Shown: positions 9,570 to 20,054 of the stretch, piece by piece
Layout of the letters: every line of letters begins with the position of its first letter
How positions within the stretch are numbered: position 1 is the first letter of the stretch
NCBI GenBank assembly: GCA_039804105.1
Contig: JBDRZU010000002.1
Coordinates: 358,117 to 422,116, forward strand
DNA: 64,000 nt
DNA from: a candidate division WOR-3 bacterium
GTDB lineage: Bacteria; Hydrothermota; 32-111
Reading direction: 5' to 3'
The notes under the pieces: generated by a model
Seen by the model: only the letters and a program-made list of their open reading frames with translations
What the model was told of the DNA's origin: nothing
The model's database searches: none
Made by a program: the position numbers and the translations under genes

Positions 9570-11271
9570 ACCTTTTTCCAAAGTCAAAGCGATAATTTAT
9601 TTACTCATTTTCATCTTGATAGTAGTAAACTCTTTTTCATTCTATTTTACAAGCAAAATGATTAAAAGAACCTACATCTATTCAAATTCAAAAAACCTGG
9701 AATCTATCTCAAAACTACTTCTTGAAAATTTTAATGAATTTTTCAATGATTTAGACATTTTGAACCAGAAAGTGAAAGAAAAAAGTCAGGAAACTGGACT
9801 CAGGATAACGATTGTTGACAAAAACGGAAAGGTTATTGCTGATTCCCATGAGGACTATAGATTGATGGAAAACCATAAGGGAAGAATAGATATTGATGAA
9901 GCACTCGAAGGGAAAAATATAACTGTTGAAAGGTATAGTAAAACTTTAAAAAATAAGATGATATATTTTTCTATGCCAATAAATGAAGAAAATGAAATCA
10001 TCGGTGTTATAAGATTGAGTTCCTTTTCAAAGGATATAGACAGAATAATCTTTAATATTTTCCGAGATTATATTTTCGTTTTCGTTTTGAATCTTTTAAT
10101 AATCTTTTCTATCTTTTACTTTTTAAACAAAAAAATAACCTACCCTTTAAATCTGATCTTAAAAAATCTTGAAAAATTTGGAAGGGGAGAATTCGATACT
10201 AAAATAATTTTAAAAGATGAGGATGAATTCAAAAAAATTGGAAAAACCTTTAACGATATGGTTGAGAGCATTAAAAATTTGATCATGAATACCGAACAAA
10301 AAAATAGAGAATTCGAAACACTTTTGAAAACCATCGATGAGGGAATAATCATCGTTGATAACGAGTTCAACATTATCTATTCAAACCAAAAGATCGAAAA
10401 CCTTCTTTCCTCCAATCAGAAAAATTTGAAAAAAATAACCGATATTTTTTTAAACTATGATTTCATAAAGGCGTTGAAGGATTCACAGAATCAAACAATA
10501 AAAATTGAAAGTGAATTAAATTCAAAAATTTTCCTTATCAACATATCTTTCATAAAAGAGGATAATAAATACATTTTAACATTCTTTGATATCTCTGATC
10601 TAAAAAATGTTGATCGGATGAGAAAAGATTTTATTTCAAACATTTCCCATGAGTTGAAAACTCCTTTGACAGCAATATATGGTTATCTTGAAACTTTAGA
10701 AATGGAATATCAAGATATCAAATATGTCCCAATAATCAAAAAACATGTTGAAAGTATGAACAAACTCGTTGAAGAGATTTTAACATTATCATATCTTGAA
10801 ACTTCACCAAAGATAAAAATTGAAAACTTCATTTTAAACGATTCTATAAAAAATGTTGTTAACACATTTTACGAAGAGATAAACAAGAAAAAACTGCAAT
10901 TCGATTTTATCTCTTCTGATGAGAAAATCCTTTTTTCTGGTGATAGAGAAAAGATCGAAAGGATGATAAAAAACCTTATAGAAAATTCTATAAAGTATAC
11001 AGACAAAGGTTACATTAAAATTCACCTTAACAAAAATGTTAAAAATATAAGAATCATTGTGGAAGATACGGGGATTGGTATTCCTGAAAAGGATAAGGAA
11101 AGAATATTTGAAAGATTCTATACTGTTGACAAATCAAGATCAAAGAAGTATGGCGGATTTGGACTCGGATTATCAATCGTAAAACATATAGTCAAACTAC
11201 ATAATGGTAAAATCGAAGTTCAGAGTGAAGAAGGGAAAGGAACAAAAATAATTATAACCTTTGAAAGTTAA
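9559..11271 (+). CDS. phoR: PhoR-like sensor histidine kinase (sCache-like, HAMP, PAS, HisKA, HATPase)
   Basis: MENHKGRIDI sensor motif, DFISNISHELKTPLT, RIFERFYTVDKSRS, GLGLSIVKH. Confidence 0.85.
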   Translation: MKIKPFSKVKAIIYLLIFILIVVNSFSFYFTSKMIKRTYIYSNSKNLESISKLLLENFNEFFNDLDILNQKVKEKSQETGLRITIVDKNGKVIADSHEDYRLMENHKGRIDIDEALEGKNITVERYSKTLKNKMIYFSMPINEENEIIGVIRLSSFSKDIDRIIFNIFRDYIFVFVLNLLIIFSIFYFLNKKITYPLNLILKNLEKFGRGEFDTKIILKDEDEFKKIGKTFNDMVESIKNLIMNTEQKNREFETLLKTIDEGIIIVDNEFNIIYSNQKIENLLSSNQKNLKKITDIFLNYDFIKALKDSQNQTIKIESELNSKIFLINISFIKEDNKYILTFFDISDLKNVDRMRKDFISNISHELKTPLTAIYGYLETLEMEYQDIKYVPIIKKHVESMNKLVEEILTLSYLETSPKIKIENFILNDSIKNVVNTFYEEINKKKLQFDFISSDEKILFSGDREKIERMIKNLIENSIKYTDKGYIKIHLNKNVKNIRIIVEDTGIGIPEKDKERIFERFYTVDKSRSKKYGGFGLGLSIVKHIVKLHNGKIEVQSEEGKGTKIIITFES

Positions 11272-12125
11272 ACTTTTATTTTTTTTATAGTGTTCAAAAA
11301 AATTTTTCTGTTTGTTTTTGGAATCTTATTTTTTTGAGGGAATTTACCATTTTTCACATCTTTAGCATACCTGTTTAAAGCATCAGAAATTCTTTTTGAA
11401 ATATTTTCATATCTTTTTATAAATCTTGGTGTGAACCTTGAATATAATCCAATTATATCATTTATAACAACGATCTGTCCATCACTATCAACACCAGAAC
11501 CAATAGAATAAACAGGAATTTTTAAATTTTCCTTTAAAAATTTTACAACAAGATCTGTTGTGTTTTCAACGATAACCATCAAAACACCTGCTTTTTCAAG
11601 TTCAAAACCATCCTCTATTATTTTGGTTATCTCTTCCTCATCATTTCCAAGAATTGGATATCCTCCATATTTTTTGTAACTCTGTGGTTTCATTCCGATA
11701 TGTCCACAGACAGGTATTCCAGCATCAACAACAGCTTTTATTCTATCGATTATCTCTTTTCCTCCCTCCATTTTAACAGCATCAGATCTTGTTTCCTTTA
11801 ATGCTTTTCCACAATTTTTTATCGCTTCACTTTTTGAAATCTGGTATGTTAAAAAAGGCATATCGAATATCAGGTACTGTTTTTTTATTGCCTTCCTCAC
11901 CGATTTTCCAAAAACGATCATCTCATCAAGTCCTATATCAAGAGTTGATGGATTACCCATCATTACCATAGATGCTGAATCTCCAACAAGTACAACATCA
12001 ACAAGAGAATCGTTTACGACAGATGCTATTGAATAATCATAGGCAGTCACAAGGACTGCCTTCTCATTGTTTTTCTTTTTTCTTAAAAGTTCTTTATAGG
12101 TTATCTTTCCCAGTTTATTCTTCAA
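11268..12125 (-). CDS. panB: 3-methyl-2-oxobutanoate hydroxymethyltransferase
   Basis: TAYDY, LVGDS, DMPF, VKMEGG and GHIG motifs. Confidence 0.95.
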   Translation of the reverse strand: MKNKLGKITYKELLRKKKNNEKAVLVTAYDYSIASVVNDSLVDVVLVGDSASMVMMGNPSTLDIGLDEMIVFGKSVRKAIKKQYLIFDMPFLTYQISKSEAIKNCGKALKETRSDAVKMEGGKEIIDRIKAVVDAGIPVCGHIGMKPQSYKKYGGYPILGNDEEEITKIIEDGFELEKAGVLMVIVENTTDLVVKFLKENLKIPVYSIGSGVDSDGQIVVINDIIGLYSRFTPRFIKRYENISKRISDALNRYAKDVKNGKFPQKNKIPKTNRKIFLNTIKKIKV

Positions 12126-13560
12126 TTATTATTATCTCCTCTTCACCTTTTACAGTATCTTTGGGAGTTGTATCCTTCTTTTCTTCCTCAATTATAAAAG
12201 TGGCCTCTTCTTTTTTCTCTTTAGTTGGAGTTTGTTGATTTGGAGTTTCAACCTTGTTTTCAACCACTGGCTTTTCCTCTTTTACAACAGGCTGAGGTGT
12301 TATTTGTTTCTGTTCAACAACTGGAACAACCTGCTCCTCTTTAACCTCTTCTATAACCGGTTCAGGTGTTACAACCTGTTCTTTTACTTCCTCTTTTATA
12401 ACATTCGTTTCACCGGTTATATTCATGAGTTCACCATATTTTTTCATAAGATATTCTGTCTTATTCCTATATGAAAGTTTTATCTCTTCGTATGGTTTTA
12501 TATCTATATTTCCTTTTATTGAAATAATCGTTGCTGTTGAATATTTTTCATAAGGAACGAGAACCTGCAAAGCCCCTGCTGCAAAATATTTTCCTGTTTT
12601 GTCCTTTCTAACGACTGTAAAAACATCTCCTGTATTGATTCCATCGTTTTTACCAAGGTTTATAAAAACTATTGTGAATTCATTCGTTCTTGTTTTAGGA
12701 TTTTCAGTTCCTATGAGTGACCCATAGATATCCTCTGAAACCTTCAAATAGGAAGAGTTTGGATTTATCTGTGGTTCCTCATATGTTGAAACAAAATCAC
12801 CTTTGTTGATCTCATCGTATGATGCTGTTATCGTTCCATAGGCAAAATTGTTTTCATAACCATCTATTCGAACTTTTCCAATTATTCTGACATGTTTTCC
12901 AAGATTTTCACCACTTTTATTATCCTTTACTTTATTGTTCCATTTAAATATTATCAGTTCCTTTCCTATCAAATTCTTATTTTCCGAATTCAATTTTAAA
13001 TAAACTTTTTCATTTGTAACCATCTGATAAGAATTTTTATATAATCCATCTATCTTTCCGATCTGAGGATTCTGTAAAGAAAGGTATCCCGCTTTAAAAG
13101 CCAATTTTTTTGCAACAGCATATTCAACCGCATTTTTTATAGTATAACTTTTTGTTCTTTCAATCTTTTTAATATCTTCCCTTATCTGTTTCACTTTACC
13201 TATCTGTTCGTCCATTCCCATTGAAGTTGTATATTCCATCTCTTTTTCCTGAATCTCTTTTTCGAAACCTATTTCTTCCTCTTTTTTTGTTATCTCTTTC
13301 TCCTCAACAGGTTGTTCTTGCAAAGTTGCATCGGCAGCAACATCAGGTATAACAAACTCTTGACCTGGATATATCCAGTGAGGATCTTTAATCTTTTCTA
13401 TATTTGCATTGTAAATATTTCTCCAGATAAATGGATTATTGTAATAATAACCAGCAAGATCCCATAAAGTATCTCCCTTTTTAACAACATGGATCTTTTG
13501 TCCGAAAACTGCAAGGGATAACATTATGGCTATCAATAAGAGGAATAACCACTTCTTCAC
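12115..13560 (-). CDS. exported LysM peptidoglycan-binding protein with a low-complexity E/K/P tail
   Basis: Signal peptide; HVVKKGDTLWDLA...IKDPHWIYPGQ. Confidence 0.85.
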   Translation of the reverse strand: MKKWLFLLLIAIMLSLAVFGQKIHVVKKGDTLWDLAGYYYNNPFIWRNIYNANIEKIKDPHWIYPGQEFVIPDVAADATLQEQPVEEKEITKKEEEIGFEKEIQEKEMEYTTSMGMDEQIGKVKQIREDIKKIERTKSYTIKNAVEYAVAKKLAFKAGYLSLQNPQIGKIDGLYKNSYQMVTNEKVYLKLNSENKNLIGKELIIFKWNNKVKDNKSGENLGKHVRIIGKVRIDGYENNFAYGTITASYDEINKGDFVSTYEEPQINPNSSYLKVSEDIYGSLIGTENPKTRTNEFTIVFINLGKNDGINTGDVFTVVRKDKTGKYFAAGALQVLVPYEKYSTATIISIKGNIDIKPYEEIKLSYRNKTEYLMKKYGELMNITGETNVIKEEVKEQVVTPEPVIEEVKEEQVVPVVEQKQITPQPVVKEEKPVVENKVETPNQQTPTKEKKEEATFIIEEEKKDTTPKDTVKGEEEIIIIEE

Positions 13561-13826
13561 TTCTCCTCCTTTTTAGATTGATTTTTAACCTGAATGAACT
13601 GGTATTTCAAAATACCTAAAATTTCATCGAACACTTTTTTTTCTTCAACAGTAAGTCCATTTTCCATTTTTTTATAAATGAACTCAAGGATATCGATAGA
13701 GTGTGAAACACTTTCAAGATCGAGTTTTGTTTCAACACCAGGTATCTCAACAAGTTTCATATTCGCAAGGGCTTGAATATAGAATGGATTTATAACATCC
13801 ATAATCTCAATCTTTTTATTAGACAA
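13557..13826 (-). CDS. DUF1844-like small protein
   Basis: QALANM...SIDILEFIYKKMENGLTVEEKKV pattern; TTG start after a GGGGGG SD. Confidence 0.6.
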   Translation of the reverse strand: MSNKKIEIMDVINPFYIQALANMKLVEIPGVETKLDLESVSHSIDILEFIYKKMENGLTVEEKKVFDEILGILKYQFIQVKNQSKKEEK

Positions 13827-14976
13827 GGTTCCCCCCATTTGTTGCAAGAATATTTTTCTGATAGTATATGTTACCATTCTTAACAAATATTCTTGGAACT
13901 CTCGGCCCTATTCCCGTTAATATTTCATAGTTCAAAAGACCTGAAAGTTTTGCGAGTTCATTTATAGAAATGTTATCTCCAAAAATCTCAACTTCATCAC
14001 CAACTTTTACATTTTCAACATCTGAAATATCAATCATCGTAAGATCCATACATACGTTTCCAACAACTTTGACCCTTTTCCCTTTCAAAAACATATAAGA
14101 TTTGTTTGAGAGCAACCTTGAATATCCATCTCCGTAACCTATCAGAACTGTTGCTATCTTCATCTTTTTTTCAGCAACAAAATTTCTACCGTAAGAAACA
14201 GTGTCTCCCTTTTTTAAGTTTTTGATCTGACATATTCTCGATTTTAAAAACATAACCGGTTTAACCTTTATAAATTCTTTTAATCTCTCATCTGTATATT
14301 GTCCATAAAGCATTATTCCAGGTCTTACAAGATTGTATAAACTACCTTTGATGTTTACTATTCCCGATGAGTTTGCAAGATGTCTATATTTAAAATTTAT
14401 ACCCTTTTCTTTCAGCTTTTTGATAATTATATCATATCTTCTTTTTTGTTCAATAGAAAAACCTTTATCCTCTTTTTCCGCTTCAGCAAAATGAGAAAAA
14501 ACACCTGTAACATGGATATTTTTTAGTTCCAAAATTTTCGGGATCTCTCTTTCAGCATCCCTATAGGATATACCCGTTCTATTCATACCTGTATCGATTT
14601 CTATATGCGCTTCGGTGATCCGATTTTTTCTTTTTGACTCCCTATCTATGCTTTTCGCATAGGAGTATGATACAAGATTTGGCATTATATTGTAATCAAC
14701 AATTTTGGGAGCATCCTTTTCAAGTGTTGGGCTTAAAATCAATATTTGATTGGGAATCCTGTGTATTCTCAATTCTATGGCTTCATCGATCGAAGCAACT
14801 CCAAAAATTTCAATATATGGTGATAAAACTCTTGTGATCTCTATACTATCGTGACCATAAGCGTTCGCCTTAACCGCAGCGAGTATCTTTACATCTTTCC
14901 CTATAACTCTTTTTATAGTTTTAACATTGTAAAGAAGATTATCTATGTTGATTTCAGCCCAGGTTCTATTTTTCAT
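13819..14976 (-). CDS. alr: alanine racemase
   Basis: VKANAYGH (PLP Lys), DTGMNRTG, VRPGIMLYG, GYGDGY, CMDLTM. Confidence 0.96.
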   Translation of the reverse strand: MKNRTWAEINIDNLLYNVKTIKRVIGKDVKILAAVKANAYGHDSIEITRVLSPYIEIFGVASIDEAIELRIHRIPNQILILSPTLEKDAPKIVDYNIMPNLVSYSYAKSIDRESKRKNRITEAHIEIDTGMNRTGISYRDAEREIPKILELKNIHVTGVFSHFAEAEKEDKGFSIEQKRRYDIIIKKLKEKGINFKYRHLANSSGIVNIKGSLYNLVRPGIMLYGQYTDERLKEFIKVKPVMFLKSRICQIKNLKKGDTVSYGRNFVAEKKMKIATVLIGYGDGYSRLLSNKSYMFLKGKRVKVVGNVCMDLTMIDISDVENVKVGDEVEIFGDNISINELAKLSGLLNYEILTGIGPRVPRIFVKNGNIYYQKNILATNGGNLV

Positions 14977-15322
14977 AAACCTCTTTCATTATTGAATCTT
15001 TTGTAAAAATTAAAAATGTATCATCAAAAGAATATTTCAATTTCAATTTGTAATCTTTAAAAGAACTCTCATATTCAAAAAAAGAATCAAGTGTGATATC
15101 AAAATATCTTTGAAAAACTTTAAGTTCGTAAGGAAAATAGTTTTCCTTTCCATAAAACCCATCAATACGATTTTTCAGGGATAAGGTTTTTAAAAGTATC
15201 TCCTCTTTTGTCATCAACTTTTTACTTTGTAAATTGAAAACTGGAGGTTTTAAAAACAAACCAAGTAATATGGAAACAAAAATTAAAAGCGTTAAAAGTT
15301 TATAGAATCTGTTATTTTTCAT
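14966..15322 (-). CDS. hypothetical membrane-anchored protein
   Basis: 118-aa ORF in operon with an N-terminal TM helix. Confidence 0.55.
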   Translation of the reverse strand: MKNNRFYKLLTLLIFVSILLGLFLKPPVFNLQSKKLMTKEEILLKTLSLKNRIDGFYGKENYFPYELKVFQRYFDITLDSFFEYESSFKDYKLKLKYSFDDTFLIFTKDSIMKEVYEK

Positions 15323-15614
15323 CCTCTATTAAACTCAAATGGTTTTCGTCTGAAATCATCTTCTGATTCCATTTAGGTTCAAATACAAGGTTTATATTAA
15401 CATTCCCTTCTCCAGCAATCTCTTCTATTTTCTGTTTCAATTCACTTATCATCATCGAAGCAAGTGGACATCCAGGGAAAGTTAGTGTCATATCTATAAA
15501 AACTTTGTCATTTTCGATTTTAAAGCCATATATCAATCCAAGAGTTACAATATCCATACCTATTTCTGGATCTATAACCTCACGCATCTTTTCAACAATC
15601 ATCTTTCTATCCAT
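15312..15614 (-). CDS. DUF59/SufT-like metal-sulfur cluster assembly protein
   Basis: VIDPEIG..IVTLGLIY, MTLTFPGCP and VFEPKW motifs. Confidence 0.9.
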   Translation of the reverse strand: MDRKMIVEKMREVIDPEIGMDIVTLGLIYGFKIENDKVFIDMTLTFPGCPLASMMISELKQKIEEIAGEGNVNINLVFEPKWNQKMISDENHLSLIEDEK

Positions 15615-15665
15615 AAAACCTCCATAAATTTTAAATTTATCATATAGTTAAAATAAATCAATAGT

Positions 15666-16634
15666 TTAATTCAAAATGTTCCTATATCTCAAAAAGAATT
15701 TTTCATCCGTTCCATAAATAGTGTCATATTTTTTTACAAGATCGTCATACATTTTTTCATCAAGAACAACTTTTCCTATACAGAAAGGTTTACTTTTGGT
15801 CGTGAAAGACCTTTTAAATTCACTCAATCCATCTTTTCCATCCTTTATTCCACCACCGAGAATCATAATTTTACTCCCAAGATTTTTTGCGAATTCGCAT
15901 CCTTTATACAATAAAAGGTTTGAAAGACCTTTACTCATTTCATTTTTTAACACTGTTGAAAGATGGTAGTAAGAATTGAATCCCTCTTCGATCAAAAACA
16001 ATGATCCGCCAAAATATTCCTCATTTTTATATGAGTTGAAAAGATATGAAAATTTTAAATTTTTTAAATCCAGAAAATATTTTTCGTTGAATTTTAAAAA
16101 CTCCCTACCTTTTTTTTCCTCGATCATATTTTTATAAAGTTTATAAAATTTTAAGAACTCTTCTTCATTCTTTTCTCGAGATATACAAAAATTTTTCCTT
16201 TCAGCCAATCTTATCTTATTCCTTACTGAACTTTTAAACTCTTTCGTGTATCCATCGAAAAGATCAATATAGAAAACTTCTCTTACATACTCTATCTTGA
16301 AAAGATTTGTTTCTGGAAGAGGGAAGAAAGGGTTGAATCTTATGAATCCAGCTATAAGATTCTCCTTTTTTAAAAGGTTAAAAAGTTCTTCAAAAAATGG
16401 TTCTGTAAAATCTTTATCAGGGTTTGATGTATAAAAAGAAGAGTATCCATATGGAGTTTCAAAATCTCTATATTCTTTGTTTATCAACAGGATCAAAAAA
16501 ATCAGATCACCATTTTTTTCTTTAAAATATAATTTTGCATCACCATAAAGTTTTGCGTATTCCTCTAAAAACTCTAAATCTTTGATATTATAATCTTTTA
16601 GAAGATTGTTCCAATTATCACTTATTCTAATCAA
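15666..16634 (-). CDS. GNAT/FemAB-like acyltransferase
   Basis: TPYGY, FIRFNPF, YYHLS and LGGG...GLSEFK motifs. Confidence 0.7.
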   Translation of the reverse strand: MIRISDNWNNLLKDYNIKDLEFLEEYAKLYGDAKLYFKEKNGDLIFLILLINKEYRDFETPYGYSSFYTSNPDKDFTEPFFEELFNLLKKENLIAGFIRFNPFFPLPETNLFKIEYVREVFYIDLFDGYTKEFKSSVRNKIRLAERKNFCISREKNEEEFLKFYKLYKNMIEEKKGREFLKFNEKYFLDLKNLKFSYLFNSYKNEEYFGGSLFLIEEGFNSYYHLSTVLKNEMSKGLSNLLLYKGCEFAKNLGSKIMILGGGIKDGKDGLSEFKRSFTTKSKPFCIGKVVLDEKMYDDLVKKYDTIYGTDEKFFLRYRNILN

Positions 16635-16640
16635 AATCTC

Positions 16641-18173
16641 TCACAGGTTATAAAAATATTTGTTATCGAGAATCCTGTATTGGATCGCTTCAGATATATG
16701 TTCATCCTTGATATTCTCTTCTCCTGCAAGATCTGCTATAGTTCTTGCAATTTTTATGATTTTTGTTATCGATCTTGGAGAGAATGAATAATGTTTTATC
16801 GCCGTTTCAAGTAAAAGTTTAGAATCGGAGTCGAGTTTACAAAAGATTTTCAAATATTTTGAAGTTAAATGTCCATTTCTTCTTATATTTTTTAGATCTT
16901 TATACCTTTCTTTCTGTTTGTAAACAACATTTTGGACTCTTTTTCTAATATCTTTTGATCTCTCGACTTCCTCTCCATCAGATTCATTCAAAAAATCTAT
17001 TCTTGGAACTTCAATATGAATATCGATTCTATCGAGTATAGGTCCTGAAATTTTTGAAAGGTATTTTTGAATATCAAAAGGAGTACATTTACATATATGA
17101 TTGGGATCAGAATAATATCCACATCTGCACGGATTCATCGCTGCAATCAAAGTGAATCTTGAAGGATAAACAAATGTGTTTTGTGCTCTTGATACTGTTA
17201 CATATCCATCTTCAAGTGGTTGCCTTAACGATTCTATTATATTCTTTGAAAACTCAGGGAATTCATCAAGAAATAAAACACCGTTGTGTGCAAGTGAGAC
17301 CTCTCCCGGATGCGAGTCCTGTCCACCACCTATGAGAGCAACATCCGAAATAGTATGGTGCGGACTTCTGAACGGTCTTTCCTTTATTATTCCTTCGTTA
17401 TCTTTTAAAAGTCCCCTTATCGAATATATTTTTGTTGTTTCAAGTGACTCCTCATCCGTCATTTCAGGTAAAATCGTTACAAACCTTTTTGCAAGCATCG
17501 TTTTTCCAGTGCCGGGTGGTCCTATCATCAAAACATTGTGTCCTCCAGATGCTGCTATCTCAAGTGCTCTTTTCTGTAACAAAAGACCTTTAACATCCTC
17601 AAAACCAAAATCGTATTCAAAATTCTCCTCCACCTGGTCTCTGTTTTCATAAGGTTTTATTTCTTTTATACCTGACAAGAATTCAACAACTTCTCTAAGA
17701 TCTTTAACAGGATAAACCTTCATACCTTGTACAACGGATGCCTCTTTTCTATTAGAATATGGTAAAATGATTTTTCTTTCGCCCTTCTCATAGATAGACG
17801 AAACTATTGCAAGAATACCATTAACACCTCTCACTTTTCCATCGAGAGCAAGTTCTCCTACGAAAATATAATCATCAGAAAAATCTTTAACTATGCCCAA
17901 AGATTTCAAAAGTGAAACAGCAATTGGAAGATCAAAATATGAACCCTCTTTTTTTATATCCGCAGGAGCAAGGTTTACTGTTATTCTTCTATCGGGGAAC
18001 GGGAAATTTGAGTTTTTTATAGCGCTTCTAATCCTTTCTTTTGATTCTTTAACAGTCCTTTCAGCAAGCCCAACTATGTTGAAAGCAGGTAATCCATTTT
18101 GAAGATCAGTTTCAACTTCAACAACATAACCTTCAATTCCCCTTATCCCTGCTGATTTGAGCATTGAGATCAT
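16641..18173 (-). CDS. comM: YifB/ComM Mg-chelatase-like AAA ATPase
   Basis: NLAPADIKKEGS.FDLPIA, GPPGTGKT, RPFRSPHH, GEVSLAHNGVLFLDE. Confidence 0.93.
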   Translation of the reverse strand: MISMLKSAGIRGIEGYVVEVETDLQNGLPAFNIVGLAERTVKESKERIRSAIKNSNFPFPDRRITVNLAPADIKKEGSYFDLPIAVSLLKSLGIVKDFSDDYIFVGELALDGKVRGVNGILAIVSSIYEKGERKIILPYSNRKEASVVQGMKVYPVKDLREVVEFLSGIKEIKPYENRDQVEENFEYDFGFEDVKGLLLQKRALEIAASGGHNVLMIGPPGTGKTMLAKRFVTILPEMTDEESLETTKIYSIRGLLKDNEGIIKERPFRSPHHTISDVALIGGGQDSHPGEVSLAHNGVLFLDEFPEFSKNIIESLRQPLEDGYVTVSRAQNTFVYPSRFTLIAAMNPCRCGYYSDPNHICKCTPFDIQKYLSKISGPILDRIDIHIEVPRIDFLNESDGEEVERSKDIRKRVQNVVYKQKERYKDLKNIRRNGHLTSKYLKIFCKLDSDSKLLLETAIKHYSFSPRSITKIIKIARTIADLAGEENIKDEHISEAIQYRILDNKYFYNL

Positions 18174-20046
18174 AAATCTTTTCCAACCTCCTCCTTACAA
18201 CCCCATCAGAAACTGGCCTTATAACTTTTGGAATCTCTTTTACTTTTTCATAATATTTTTCTTTATTATTTTTTTTCAAAAATTTTAGATAGTTATAAAA
18301 AAGTTTTGCATATTCCAATAATCTGTAAGAAGTTTTCAACCTTTCACAACTTCTTTCAAAAATCTTTTCTCTCTCTTTTAGATCTACACTTTTTTCACCC
18401 TTTATATAATGAAACATTATCCCATTGTTTCTATCTTTATTTATCAAACTTTCATATTTTTTAACAATCTCTTTTTTCTTTTTTTCACTTTTCAAAAATC
18501 TTGTTAAAAAGAAAACGGATTCTGTTAAAAGATAACCGTTTCCAATCTGAACTCCAATGTTGTACGCTTTAAGATAATAATCTTTTGATTGTTTATAGTT
18601 TTTCTTCATTAGATACAATCTTCCAAGGTTGTTGTAAACCATCCATAGACCGAGTTTATTATTCAATTTTAACGCATTATCGAGTGATTCTAGAAGATTA
18701 TATTCAGCATCAAGAAATTTACCTTGTTCCATATAAACAAGTGCAATTCCACTCTGACTTCTTATGGAACCGTATAGATCATTGTAAAAATGTTTGATAT
18801 CAATCGATTTTAGATAACATTCCAAAGATCTTTCAAAATTACCCATATTCAGATAAACAAAACCTTTCGCATCATAATATTTTGCAAGATCAAGAGTCAT
18901 CTCTTTTTTAAAGTTAATCAATTGGTTATATTTAACAATTGAAAAATGTTTTTCTGCCAAAGTTTCCTTTTCCTTTTCAAAACTCTCTTCCATTCTGTTG
19001 TAGAACTCTCTCGATAGATCAAGGTATTTAAACACCTCATCAATATTTTTTCCCATCTTAAATGATACCATTCCTATATGTCTTGATGCTCTCGATTTTT
19101 CAAGAAGATTTGCATTTTTACTTTTTAAAACTTTGAAAGAATAATCTAAAGAATTTTCAAATTCGTTCAGATAATAGTATCCAGAAGAAAGTTCATTATA
19201 AAGTTCATATTTTGAAATCTTGGGATTCTTATCCTTTATTTTGTTTTCAACCTGTTTTAAAATTCTGATTCCATCCTTATTCTTACCGCCCTGAACAAAT
19301 ATTTTTCCGATATTCAAATCTATTAAAAGTTTATCATCTCTATTCCTCATCCTTTTCTTTGCATCCTTTAAAAATAGATAAGATTTTTCGAGTGAGTTTA
19401 TACTCTGCATCTTCAAAAGATGTAAACCTTTTTCAAGATGTATATAACCTTCTTTATAAAGTTGTATGAAAATTTCAACTATTTCAGGATCAAATTGGGA
19501 TTTTGAATTCTTTTTAATTTCCTTTATCGCATTCTCTTCACTTTTTATCTCTTTTTTATAACTTCTCCCTGAGGTCATAGCATCAAAAGAATCGGCAACT
19601 GCTATTATTCGTGAAAAGAGTGGAATACTTTTTCCTTTTAATCCATCAGGATAACCCTTACCATCATACCTTTCATGGTGATGTTTTATCGCTTCCTGTA
19701 GTCCATTAACATATTTGAAAGAACCGAGAAGATAAGCACCATAGATCGAATGCCTTTTGATTTCAGAAAATTGGAATCTGTTCAATTTTCTTTTGCTGTT
19801 AAGAATTGAGATTGGAACCTTAACTTTTCCGATATCATGTAGGATTGAAGCAAGATACAAAACATCAAGATCCTTTTTGGAAAGCCCCAACCTTTTCCCT
19901 ATAAGAATAGAATATCTTTGAACCCTTTCAGAATGACCTATTGTGTACTCATCTTTTGCATCTATAACATCTGATAGATACTTTATAGTGTTTAAAAAAA
20001 GTTCTTCATTTTCAAGCGAATTTGATAATTTCTTAATATCCTTCAT
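18133..20046 (-). CDS. HD-GYP cyclic-dinucleotide phosphodiesterase domain fused to C-terminal TPR repeats
   Basis: HSERV, LHDIGK, HHERYDGKGYP, ADSFDAM, then TPR-like helices; start taken at ATG 20046 because the longer ORF runs into tmRNA. Confidence 0.85.
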   Translation of the reverse strand: MKDIKKLSNSLENEELFLNTIKYLSDVIDAKDEYTIGHSERVQRYSILIGKRLGLSKKDLDVLYLASILHDIGKVKVPISILNSKRKLNRFQFSEIKRHSIYGAYLLGSFKYVNGLQEAIKHHHERYDGKGYPDGLKGKSIPLFSRIIAVADSFDAMTSGRSYKKEIKSEENAIKEIKKNSKSQFDPEIVEIFIQLYKEGYIHLEKGLHLLKMQSINSLEKSYLFLKDAKKRMRNRDDKLLIDLNIGKIFVQGGKNKDGIRILKQVENKIKDKNPKISKYELYNELSSGYYYLNEFENSLDYSFKVLKSKNANLLEKSRASRHIGMVSFKMGKNIDEVFKYLDLSREFYNRMEESFEKEKETLAEKHFSIVKYNQLINFKKEMTLDLAKYYDAKGFVYLNMGNFERSLECYLKSIDIKHFYNDLYGSIRSQSGIALVYMEQGKFLDAEYNLLESLDNALKLNNKLGLWMVYNNLGRLYLMKKNYKQSKDYYLKAYNIGVQIGNGYLLTESVFFLTRFLKSEKKKKEIVKKYESLINKDRNNGIMFHYIKGEKSVDLKEREKIFERSCERLKTSYRLLEYAKLFYNYLKFLKKNNKEKYYEKVKEIPKVIRPVSDGVVRRRLEKIYDLNAQISRDKGN

Positions 20047-20054
20047 AATAAAAA

